From the NCBI GenBank assembly GCA_018304505.1, contig JAGVWA010000006.1:1-43998 (forward strand): a stretch of 43,998 nucleotides of DNA, in the 5' to 3' direction. Source of the stretch: Nanobdellati archaeon. GTDB lineage: Archaea > B1Sed10-29 > JAGVWA01. The notes below the pieces were generated by a model that did not search any database, was not told where the DNA came from, and saw only the letters and a program-made list of their open reading frames with translations. The position numbers and the translations under genes are program-made. This document shows, piece by piece, positions 28,007 through 36,130 of this stretch. Within the stretch, counting starts at the first letter, position 1. Each line of letters opens with the position of its first letter.

Positions 28007-29332
28007 TCACGCTCCTACTCCTCTTGCTTGCGGTTTGGCGCCTGTTGTCAAGGCAGGCCTTTGCGCATTTTTATCTCCACTAGGTATTGCCCGTGCAGAT
28101 ATTGTCCTGAGGGTTTCTCTCGCAGCCACGGCTTTTTCTTTCCTCTCCTCAAGCCTTTTCTTATCGAAGTCTGTCACGGATCTTCGCACGACTGATGCAG
28201 CTGTTCTTACAACTTCGCGCCTCTGTGATTTCTCGATTACCCTGTTCTGGCGTGCCAGCTCGCGTATTTGGTTGAAGTTTTCCCTGACTGCATTGACGTG
28301 CCTTGCAGAATCGTTGAAAGCCCTTAGTAATTGCCTTTGCGGGGTGTCACTATCTAACGCGTTCAGGGCATTTATTTCCGACTCTTCAAAGTCTTGCAGT
28401 TGTGCTTCAAGGGTGTCGATTCTCTGTCCACGGTTATGCAGCCTGTTGATTTTTTCTTCAAGAATGCATTTTCGGTGTTCGAAAATGAGTTCGAGTTTTT
28501 CCTTGGCCGCGGTTTTGGCTTCATCTCTGGTGTCCTTCAGTTCTTCGCGTTTGGCCTCCCGGATTTCTCGCAATGCGTTTCGCACTTCTTGGATCTTTTC
28601 CGGTGCAGTCAGTACATCGAGTTGCCTTGCTGCATCCCTGAAGTTCATCATTGCGGTTTTTACAGCATCTGAAATACCATCGTACTCTTGTTTTGATTCA
28701 GCAGTCTGGTTCAGGGCTTCACGTGCGCTTCGGACCTCTTCTAGGTACTGCGTTAGGTTTGCCAGCTCTTCATCCGATGCGCCGGATTCGCGCGCTATCT
28801 CGAGTACTTTTTCCATTTCAGCTATCTTAATTTCAACGTGGTACTTGTCCTGTAGATGCCGAACTTGGTTGCGCCTGTTCTCGCCGATTTCCTTGGCGAT
28901 TTCAGAGACTGACTTTCCGAGTCTGGTTTCGCAGATGTTTGTCGGCTTTTTCTCGATTTCGATTACTGACCCTTCTGCTGTCTCGATAATTTCTATGTCG
29001 TCTGCGGTTTCAGAAACTTCCTCTGATTCTGTTTCGTTTGTAGTGTCCGATGTGGTTTGGTTTTCTTCCATGCTTGTGTCATCTGATGTTGTGTCACCTG
29101 ATGTTGTGTCGTTTGACGTTGTTGCGTCATCTGATGTTGTGTCGTTTGATGTTGTTGCGTCATCTGATGTTGTGTCGTTTGACGTTGTGGTGTCATCTGA
29201 TGTTGTGTCGTTTGACGTTGTGGTGTCATCTGATGTTGCTGTGTCATTCGACGTTATTGTGTCGTTGCTTTGCGAGATTGCGCTGCTTGTTAATAGTAAT
29301 ATGAGTAATAGCGCAATCAACAGTTTTCTCAT
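28007..29332 (-). CDS. Secreted surface protein with an Asn/Asp/Thr repeat stalk and long coiled-coil/helical region
   Basis: Signal peptide MRKLLIALLLILLL, TTSNDTTSDD repeats, charged heptad-rich C-terminal two-thirds. GGAGGG SD. Confidence 0.8.
   Translation of the reverse strand: MRKLLIALLLILLLTSSAISQSNDTITSNDTATSDDTTTSNDTTSDDTTTSNDTTSDDATTSNDTTSDDATTSNDTTSGDTTSDDTSMEENQTTSDTTNETESEEVSETADDIEIIETAEGSVIEIEKKPTNICETRLGKSVSEIAKEIGENRRNQVRHLQDKYHVEIKIAEMEKVLEIARESGASDEELANLTQYLEEVRSAREALNQTAESKQEYDGISDAVKTAMMNFRDAARQLDVLTAPEKIQEVRNALREIREAKREELKDTRDEAKTAAKEKLELIFEHRKCILEEKINRLHNRGQRIDTLEAQLQDFEESEINALNALDSDTPQRQLLRAFNDSARHVNAVRENFNQIRELARQNRVIEKSQRREVVRTAASVVRRSVTDFDKKRLEERKEKAVAARETLRTISARAIPSGDKNAQRPALTTGAKPQARGVGA
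29076..29266. repeat. Intragenic imperfect 33-bp tandem repeat (about 4 full units plus shorter sub-units)
   Basis: Unit GTCATCTGATGTTGTGTCGTTTGACGTTGT(G/T)G(T/C) on the plus strand, encoding (T/A)TTSNDTTSDD on the minus strand. Confidence 0.85.
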
Positions 29333-29407
29333 TGCATCCCTCCAGTTGGTTCATATAAGTTCATATAATACGCTTTTGTTGTTTTAGTATAAAAAGGGGC
29401 CTGTAAA

Positions 29408-29447
29408 AAATGACCCATATAAAAATAAATGACCCATATAAAAATAA
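29408..29447. repeat. Perfect 19-bp direct tandem repeat x2 containing TATA-like sequence
   Basis: AAATGACCCATATAAAAAT at 29408-29426 and 29427-29445. Confidence 0.85.
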
Positions 29448-29458
29448 GTAAAATCGGC

Positions 29459-29593
29459 ATAGGTTGCCCGAAAGGGTTTTACATCTGAGCACGGGTGAGT
29501 AGGAGTTTCTCCTAAGTTCTTCTTACTCCGCCTAGGTTCGCGAGGAGACCAATCCGGAAACCCACAATGCTCTGAAAATGGCTGATGGTCTAT
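29459..29593. ncRNA. Candidate structured non-coding RNA of unknown class
   Basis: GC-richer, non-coding island between AT-rich flanks, with nested helices, a GAAA tetraloop hairpin and a possible kink-turn. TATA-like and T-tract signals occur on both sides, so the strand is unresolved. Confidence 0.5.
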
Positions 29594-29655
29594 CTTTGCG
29601 AAGTCGGGGTTTATAAGACTTGCCTGTAAATTTCTTTTTGCTTTTTCTTGTTTTT

Positions 29656-30075
29656 TTACATTTTTATTAGTCCGTCTTGCGATTCCCAGTACTCTTCCGG
29701 CGCGTCCTTGAATTGTTTGTACAGTTTATTGACAGAGTGGTGGCCAACGCGCTCCTTACCGAAGACGACGTGGGGCACTAGAGCGCCGCTAAAATTTTTG
29801 GAGATATGCAGCAATTCATGAATGATGGTTTTTTCTTTCTCGTGCCCTGGCAGATTGTCGAATCTTTCAGAGCAAACCTCGATTACGTAGTGCGGTTCTA
29901 AGCCAAGGGCTTTTTGCCATATCCGTGGGAACTCCCAGGTCCGGGCTATGGCGTTCGATTTCGTGTTGAATGTCCTAACGAACTTCACGCGTCTTGAGTC
30001 GATGTGATCGAGGTCAAGCTTGCGGATTATCTCCTCGGCAATGAGCTTTATATCGGGCGCAAAATCGATTTTCAT
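29656..30075 (-). CDS. Putative zincin metallopeptidase (small 'phage metallopeptidase'-like family)
   Basis: A.AR.W..P..WQ.AL...P.YVIE, F..L, IIHELLHI (HExxH). Overlaps the upstream stop by 4 nt. Confidence 0.8.
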   Translation of the reverse strand: MKIDFAPDIKLIAEEIIRKLDLDHIDSRRVKFVRTFNTKSNAIARTWEFPRIWQKALGLEPHYVIEVCSERFDNLPGHEKEKTIIHELLHISKNFSGALVPHVVFGKERVGHHSVNKLYKQFKDAPEEYWESQDGLIKM

Positions 30076-31133
30076 TCAAGTAGCTCCTTCATCCTGACGT
30101 ACTTGTCAATGTCTTCCTGGTAAACGACGCCAACAAGTTTCTTGCCATGCATCACTGGCAGTACAGCAGTGTTCTGGTTTGCCATGGTTTCCATGACGCG
30201 GTTTAAGTCAGTCGTGCTGCTTACTGGCGCTATAGGTTTTGAAACATCATTTACGTGCATCGTTTTTTGGTCTTTTTTACGCAGTTGGTAGATATCGCGT
30301 AGTGAGACCGTTCGCATTTTATCTGTGATAAAGCTCGTGCGCCTCTTCTTAAGCATCAAGTTGATTACCGCTTGCAGGCCATGACTTTCCTTTACAACCG
30401 TCGGTTTCAGTTCTATTATGTCGAGCAGCTTGGCCCGTGACAGGGCGTCTGTAACCAAAAGCCCCTGGTATTCCGCAGACGCGCCGAAGATTATGAATAA
30501 GGAAATGAGCATGATCCAGACGTCAAATCGAAGCAAGGCCCACAAGAACAGGCCAATGGAAATCATGATGCTGACGTTCTTTGCAACCTCTGTTGCCCGT
30601 TTATAGTCAAGCTTATACGCGAGCAGTGCCCTGAAAATGCGTCCCCCGTCTAGCGGAAATGCAGGCAAGAGCAAATTGAAGCTGCCGAGAATAAGGTTTG
30701 AGTATAGCGAATAAAATATGAACAGCTCGAAAACCGACAATGATGAAATGCCCCCATGCACAAAGGCGCTCAGCCATTCATTTAGCGGCCAATTGAAAAG
30801 CACTGACAATCCTAGTAGTATGTACACCATGACGAAGTTGAACAACGGACCGGCAATGCTGACCTTTAGCTCCGTATATGGAGATATGTCCTTTGTGTCG
30901 ATCATGGACATGCCGCCTATTGGAAGCAGGGTAATGGATTTCACGTTGATTTTGTTCTTCAGCGCAACGTAGCTGTGGCTCAGTTCGTGCAAGGTGACGT
31001 AGATAAACACCAGAAGAATAAGGAACGCGAATGACACGTTCAGGACCAGTAGGAGAAGGATAAATAACAAAAACGAGATGTGCAGCTCGATGTCAATGTC
31101 AAAGACTGATAAGATTTTATAGGACCATGCCAT
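30072..31133 (-). CDS. Site-2 protease (M50) with C-terminal CBS domains
   Basis: LHELSH, LLPIGG, AGPLFN, FNLLLPAFPLDGGR, and a CBS-like C-terminus (LPV...KLVGVV). Start set at ATG 31133. Confidence 0.92.
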   Translation of the reverse strand: MAWSYKILSVFDIDIELHISFLLFILLLLVLNVSFAFLILLVFIYVTLHELSHSYVALKNKINVKSITLLPIGGMSMIDTKDISPYTELKVSIAGPLFNFVMVYILLGLSVLFNWPLNEWLSAFVHGGISSLSVFELFIFYSLYSNLILGSFNLLLPAFPLDGGRIFRALLAYKLDYKRATEVAKNVSIMISIGLFLWALLRFDVWIMLISLFIIFGASAEYQGLLVTDALSRAKLLDIIELKPTVVKESHGLQAVINLMLKKRRTSFITDKMRTVSLRDIYQLRKKDQKTMHVNDVSKPIAPVSSTTDLNRVMETMANQNTAVLPVMHGKKLVGVVYQEDIDKYVRMKELLE

Positions 31134-31143
31134 AGGTATCAAC

Positions 31144-31317
31144 ATGCCAAATGGAATCTGCGATATATGTAGTATGCCCCAGAGGCATTTAAACGTATGC
31201 CAGCGATGCGGCGCGAGGGTATGTGATATGCATTATGTGCCATTGAACGCGTTATGCTCGAACTGCGCTGCGCAGCTAGGCACTTTTCAGGAGAAGGGAA
31301 AATGGCTCAAGAAGTAG
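31144..31317 (+). CDS. Small zinc-finger protein (57 aa), not in the ORF track
   Basis: MPNGICDICSMPQRHLNVCQRCGARVCDMHYVPLNALCSNCAAQLGTFQEKGKWLKK*: CxxC-CxxC-CxxH-CxxC. Overlaps the RNA ligase start. TTTTATA about 25 nt upstream. Confidence 0.82.
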   Translation: MPNGICDICSMPQRHLNVCQRCGARVCDMHYVPLNALCSNCAAQLGTFQEKGKWLKK

Positions 31318-32417
31318 CAGCGGCAAAGGCCCTCGGAATTGAGGTACCGCAATTTGCACACCACTTAAGCAGTGGGCACATCCAGTTCATCAATGATCAC
31401 TTTCGCTTCCAGAAAGAGCTACTGGGCATCGATAAGGGCACGTTGTATTTTCCACAAACAAATGAGGTGGTTTTTGGGTTCCCGAAAATTAGGCGAATAC
31501 TCGCCATGCGAAACCTCGGGATGCATTTTAAAAAGCCATTTTACGTAGAGGAAAAATTGGATGGCTACAACGTCCGGCTTTGCAAGGTCAATAATGAGGT
31601 ACTTGCCTTTACGCGCGGCGGCATTAAGGACAAGTACACGGCACAGCGCATTTTGCAGCACATGACTGGTGATTTCTTTGACAAGCATCCGCAGTATGTC
31701 CTCTGCGGCGAAGTCATCGGATTACAGAACCCTTATCAGGAAAAGGGGTATCCAGAGGAGAGGGACTTCGGGTTCTACGTTTTCGACGTGCGCGAAAAAA
31801 ACACAAACAAGCCAGTTAGTGCCGAAAAACGCTATGCTCTAATGAAACGGTTCAAGATTAATCAGGTAAGGTCATTTGGCCTTTACAAGGCAACAGACTG
31901 GCAGGCGTTGCTTAAGCTAACGCGAAAATTAGGCGACCAAGGTCGCGAGGGCATTGTAATGAAAAGTCACGACATTGGGATGCAGCTGAAGTACACATCA
32001 AATCAGTCGACAAGCAAGGACCTGGAGTACGCGTTCACGTTCCCATTTGACTACGGGCAGGCGTTTTTTTTCAGACGTTTGATAAGGCAGGGCTTCCAGG
32101 CCTCTGAGCTGAACCTAACGAAAAAGCAGCTTGACCATGAGGCTGCGCGTATTGGCAAGGCAATTCTGTTTCCGATGGTGCATACCATAAATGAGCTGAA
32201 GAAAGGAAATGAAGTGACAGAAGATTTTGAAATCGAAGTGCCTGACGAGCAATTTGGACGCGAATTTATTGAACACCTGAAAAAAATGGGTTTGGTGCTT
32301 TCTGTCAGGGGCCTGAAAAAAGGCAGGGCGTCTTGCAAATTCAGGATATCACGGCACTATCAGGCTACAAACGATAAAACAAAGGCATACCTACAAGGAT
32401 CACTGTCATCAGATTAA
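31302..32417 (+). CDS. ATP-dependent RNA ligase, archaeal Rnl3/Pab1020 family
   Basis: FPKIRR, EEKLDGYN (motif I), TRGG, GEVIG..NPY, FYVFD, REGIVMK, KYT, and C-terminal F...R..R..FQ. Confidence 0.9.
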   Translation: MAQEVAAAKALGIEVPQFAHHLSSGHIQFINDHFRFQKELLGIDKGTLYFPQTNEVVFGFPKIRRILAMRNLGMHFKKPFYVEEKLDGYNVRLCKVNNEVLAFTRGGIKDKYTAQRILQHMTGDFFDKHPQYVLCGEVIGLQNPYQEKGYPEERDFGFYVFDVREKNTNKPVSAEKRYALMKRFKINQVRSFGLYKATDWQALLKLTRKLGDQGREGIVMKSHDIGMQLKYTSNQSTSKDLEYAFTFPFDYGQAFFFRRLIRQGFQASELNLTKKQLDHEAARIGKAILFPMVHTINELKKGNEVTEDFEIEVPDEQFGREFIEHLKKMGLVLSVRGLKKGRASCKFRISRHYQATNDKTKAYLQGSLSSD

Positions 32418-32431
32418 CGGAGTGAAAAACC

Positions 32432-33343
32432 ATGGACCTTGCAAAACCCGCAGGCTTAATTGTAAACGAGATACTTAAACTCAAGGAAAACGAAACGCTC
32501 TTAATCATGCGCACGGCGTCTCAAGGCCGGATTAGCCAGGCATTGCAGGATGAGGCAACTAAAGTTGGGGCTGCTGTTTTTGAAATGGTATTCCAAAGCA
32601 AGAAATTCATTGGTACTTGGGGACTTGGTATTTCCCGGATTTTTGGGGAATTCGATGCGGTAATATCATTAGGCTTCGCCACAAACCAGGGTGTAGATTT
32701 AAACAAGGCCAGAACACGGGCTGTATCAATGCCATCAATTGATGATGAACTTTTTGCCAGGGCAATCGACCTTGACTACAATGAAATGAGAAAGAAGGCC
32801 AAGAAGCTCAAGCAGGTTCTAGAAAAAGCAGAGAAAGTCCACATAACGTCGTCAAGCGGCACTGACTTGCGCCTTGTTGTGACGAACCAAAAAGTCAAGG
32901 CGCTGGACGCAGCCATAAGCGCGAATCATAGGCATGTATTTCTTCCAGAGGGTGAAGTTGCCGTGGTGTTGAACCGAAAAACAGCAAACGGCGTCATTGT
33001 GGCAGACTTTCTTGGGGAGCTAGGCAAGGCCAAAACTAGGATTCATGTAAAAAACGGTGCTGTGCACGAAGTAGAGGGTGACAATGAACTTGCTGAGCGT
33101 CTAACGAAAATTCAAAACGCAGGGGTTGTGTCAAAATTCGGGATTGGCCTGAACAAGAAGACAACGCTTAAGTCAATGATAGAGGCCGTCACAAACAACA
33201 GCACGTGTAATTTTGTGTTTGGAGACAATTCGCAATTTAGCGGTAGGATTTGCTCAGAAGTGTCTCTTCCGTGCGTTGTAATCAAACCCGACATCATGGC
33301 GGACGGGAAAAAAATAATGGCGGGGGGACAGTTATTACTGTAG
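32432..33343 (+). CDS. Aminopeptidase-like protein (M29 / leucyl aminopeptidase fold), possibly inactive
   Basis: SMP, GTDL, LPEGEV, ANGVIV.D, GIGLN, GDN..F.G, KP...DG..IM..G scaffold. Several expected metal ligands are not evident. Confidence 0.72.
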   Translation: MDLAKPAGLIVNEILKLKENETLLIMRTASQGRISQALQDEATKVGAAVFEMVFQSKKFIGTWGLGISRIFGEFDAVISLGFATNQGVDLNKARTRAVSMPSIDDELFARAIDLDYNEMRKKAKKLKQVLEKAEKVHITSSSGTDLRLVVTNQKVKALDAAISANHRHVFLPEGEVAVVLNRKTANGVIVADFLGELGKAKTRIHVKNGAVHEVEGDNELAERLTKIQNAGVVSKFGIGLNKKTTLKSMIEAVTNNSTCNFVFGDNSQFSGRICSEVSLPCVVIKPDIMADGKKIMAGGQLLL

Positions 33344-34335
33344 AACACGCGCGGATCAGCGCGCTAAAAAAACGGTGCAGGCTCCCTATGCTACTTCACA
33401 AGCCTGCAGACCAAAAGTATTATCTCGGAATTTCAACTGATGGGCTATTTGTGTTTTTTGATGAAAAAAAGCGCGCGTTCTCGATTGAAGGCAATTCAAT
33501 AAACAGTTATGAGACTGGCTTTGAAATTGTTACAAGCATTGAGGAATTAATAAAAGGTTTACCAAGAATTGGGGCTAGGGTACCCTGTTTAGAAACCAGG
33601 GACTACACACGGTTGATGAATGAGACTAAGCTTGTCGATTTCTCTGATCAAATTGATGAGCAGCGGATGAAGAAAAGTGGGGATGAGCTGAAAAACATCA
33701 AGCGGGCATGTAAAATCACGAGCAACGTAATGGGGGAAGTCAATGATCACCTGAAGCCGGGCATCCTGGAATCAGAACTGGAGCGCCGGTTGAAGACATC
33801 GGGCTTGGAAGAATCACACGGTACCGCGTTCGATTTCATCATCGCGTCTGGAAAGAATTCAGAGATGGTGCATGCGAAGCTCAAGGACAGGCGGATAAGG
33901 GCGCATGATCTTGTTATAGTTGACATCGGCTTCAAGTACAACGATTACTGCGCAGACATGACGAGGACGTTTTGCTTAAAACCAAATCACCAGCAGTTTG
34001 AGAAGCACGCCTTGATAATGCAGGCCCAGGAAATCGCTATCCGCACAGCCAAGAAAAATGTAAAGTTTAAGGACGTAAACTCTGAGGTAAAACAGTTTTT
34101 GCAGAAGAATCATGTTAGCCAATTCATGCCATACAGGGTCGGCCATGGCATCGGGCTCGAGGTGCACGAGGCGCCATTTCCAGAAAACGAGGGGCTGTTG
34201 CCAAGTGGAACATGTTTTACACTAGAACCTGGGATACACATTCCCGGTTTCGGGGGAATTAGGATCGAGGATGACTTTGTAATGCGCGCAAAAGCGAAAC
34301 AATTGACTGACGCGCCGCGGGAGCTGAAGCCATGA
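33334..34335 (+). CDS. Xaa-Pro aminopeptidase/dipeptidase (M24B)
   Basis: RMKKS..E, F..IIASG.NS..H, DIG..Y..YCADMTRT, GHGIGLEVHE, TLEPG, GGIRIEDD. Start is uncertain (33271 GTG, 33334 ATT or 33388 ATG). Confidence 0.88.
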   Translation: MTVEHARISALKKRCRLPMLLHKPADQKYYLGISTDGLFVFFDEKKRAFSIEGNSINSYETGFEIVTSIEELIKGLPRIGARVPCLETRDYTRLMNETKLVDFSDQIDEQRMKKSGDELKNIKRACKITSNVMGEVNDHLKPGILESELERRLKTSGLEESHGTAFDFIIASGKNSEMVHAKLKDRRIRAHDLVIVDIGFKYNDYCADMTRTFCLKPNHQQFEKHALIMQAQEIAIRTAKKNVKFKDVNSEVKQFLQKNHVSQFMPYRVGHGIGLEVHEAPFPENEGLLPSGTCFTLEPGIHIPGFGGIRIEDDFVMRAKAKQLTDAPRELKP

Positions 34336-34952
34336 GAAAATCGCTTGACAAAGCCCTTGTGGCAAGGGACGTCTTAATCGGCGCAGTCATTGCATCAATT
34401 TTGGTTTTAGCAACCTCGAATTTTGACGAGCTCCTTGTTAGGCTTATCACGGAAAATCAAGCCCCATTGCTGAATCCAGTAATGGCGCTGATATCTGATT
34501 TGATGGTTATACATGTTGGCATACCATTGATACTTGTGTTTGTTTATCTTGCAGATGGCAAGGAGAAACGCATGTTCTGGAACACAATAACCGCGCTAGC
34601 ATTGGCCATGGCGACGGCATTGGTTTTAAAAGAGCTTGTCAGCAGGCCACGGCCATATCTTGTTTTCGGCATCAATAACCTTAGAACAGAGTTGCTTTCA
34701 TCGTTTCCGTCAGGCCACGCTGCAAACTCATTTTCAATCATGGGCATCCTAGCGTATCATAAACGGCCCCAGGCATTGTTCTTCCTGCTCTTTGCAGCAA
34801 TCGTAGCCTATTCACGGGTGTATCTTGGCGTGCACTATGTCTCAGACGTCTTGGCAGGCGCACTAATCGGCATGCTCTGGGCGCGAGTTGTTTTTGCGCA
34901 TGACCTTGGCCTGAGGATGAAAAAGTCGATCTCCAAATTAATGCGCCAATAA
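34332..34952 (+). CDS. PAP2-family lipid (polyprenyl pyrophosphate) phosphatase
   Basis: K....RPRP, SFPSGH, SRVYLGVHY.SDV motifs. Confidence 0.92.
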   Translation: MRKSLDKALVARDVLIGAVIASILVLATSNFDELLVRLITENQAPLLNPVMALISDLMVIHVGIPLILVFVYLADGKEKRMFWNTITALALAMATALVLKELVSRPRPYLVFGINNLRTELLSSFPSGHAANSFSIMGILAYHKRPQALFFLLFAAIVAYSRVYLGVHYVSDVLAGALIGMLWARVVFAHDLGLRMKKSISKLMRQ

Positions 34953-35015
34953 TTTTTAAATGAAAATAAAAATGAGAATAAATAAGATTAAAAACATGCG
35001 CTGCGTAAATACAGT

Positions 35016-35237
35016 ATGAAAACGTACATCTCGACCTGGTTCACCAGTGAGGGGGCGCGGCCATCTGAGGTTGTGCAAAAGCTCGAAAAACTCGGGTTTA
35101 AAAAATTAACAGGCGCCTACGACATGGAGTATGATTGGGGCCGCAATGCGAACGTAAATGATGCCCTTGGTTTGGCTGATAATGTGCAGAAGGCCATGAA
35201 GGACGATAACGTCATGTTTAAAGTTGAGACAATATAA
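35016..35237 (+). CDS. Small hypothetical protein (73 aa), paralog A
   Basis: Aligns without gaps to the adjacent paralog; alternating beta/alpha pattern. Confidence 0.85.
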   Translation: MKTYISTWFTSEGARPSEVVQKLEKLGFKKLTGAYDMEYDWGRNANVNDALGLADNVQKAMKDDNVMFKVETI

Positions 35238-35280
35238 TTTAGGGTGGCAAGGATTGGTAAGGCTGATAAGGGCGGATGTA

Positions 35281-35502
35281 ATGAAGACATATCTGACAGT
35301 GTGGTTCAACACGAATGGGGAAAAGACGTCTGAAGTAACCTCGCGTTTAATGTCAATGGGGTTCCGCCCGGTAAAGGGGAAACACGACTATGCATATGAC
35401 TGGCAAAAAAATGCCTCAGTAGACGAGGCGATTTCCTTGGCAGACCAGGTACACTCGACTTTGCGCGGATGCAACGTAACATTTAAACTTGAAACAGCCT
35501 GA
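35281..35502 (+). CDS. Small hypothetical protein (73 aa), paralog B
   Basis: Start moved to ATG 35281 (MKTYLTVWF) by alignment with paralog A; 32/73 residues identical by hand count. Confidence 0.85.
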   Translation: MKTYLTVWFNTNGEKTSEVTSRLMSMGFRPVKGKHDYAYDWQKNASVDEAISLADQVHSTLRGCNVTFKLETA

Positions 35503-35506
35503 TCAG

Positions 35507-36130
35507 ATGAAAAGCCTCTATTCATTTGAACCGAAACAAGTGGACATAACGCACCGTGATCAATTTGAAGTCCGCATCATTTTTGAGCTAATAAAAGCCC
35601 TCAAGCCCCAGGAAATAAACATAACATCAACTGACTTGGAGGGTAGTCTAAGGCAAGGGGTGTTCAACCCAACGTTGACCCAAGCGAACATAAAGCTCAG
35701 CCTGCTGCAGCAGGATTACTCTGTTTGGTACAAGCCAGTCTTCTTTCTGCCCGGAAAATCGGCTATAGTCGACCTTGTCATGCTGCGCGGGCACCACGAC
35801 TCGCTGTACATGATCGATGATGTTCTTAAGAAAACGCTGGCGAAGAAGACTAAACTCACTGCGCGGGAGAAGAAGGTATTCATAAATGAGCTGCTGCGAA
35901 CCCTAAAGCCGATACACATGATGATACTGGCAAAGAAAAGATTTTATGTAACGGACAGTGCTGAACTGTCATTAATAAATTCTGTTCTAAAACCATCGAA
36001 CTTGCTGCTTATTTCAGAGAAGGAAGTGCCCATGAAGTTGAAAATGATGCTTCCGAAAAACGTGCACCTAGTTGAAAAAGCCGACATCAACCATGCGAAG
36101 TTCGTAGATGCGGCTATGAAGCTGATTTAA
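35507..36130 (+). CDS. Hypothetical protein, possible degenerate PD-(D/E)xK nuclease-like fold
   Basis: Starts 4 nt after paralog B. The pattern SVWY....VDLVML...MILAK...LKP..LLLIS..VP is reminiscent of restriction-endonuclease-like folds. Confidence 0.6.
   Translation: MKSLYSFEPKQVDITHRDQFEVRIIFELIKALKPQEINITSTDLEGSLRQGVFNPTLTQANIKLSLLQQDYSVWYKPVFFLPGKSAIVDLVMLRGHHDSLYMIDDVLKKTLAKKTKLTAREKKVFINELLRTLKPIHMMILAKKRFYVTDSAELSLINSVLKPSNLLLISEKEVPMKLKMMLPKNVHLVEKADINHAKFVDAAMKLI

Noticed and set aside
29076-29266. 33-bp repeats as a CRISPR array
   Set aside because: In-frame coding tandem repeat without unique spacers.
28035-29387. 450-aa plus-strand ORF
   Set aside because: Antisense shadow of the minus-strand surface protein, which has a signal peptide and SD. 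The ORF is S/L/F-rich and stays open because of the codon bias and repeats of the real gene.
29456-29595. Fluoride or cobalamin riboswitch, RNase P or SRP identity for the structured region
   Set aside because: Only fragments match (GCTGATG, GGAGACC, GAAACTCC). The other conserved cores are missing and the neighbouring genes do not fit.
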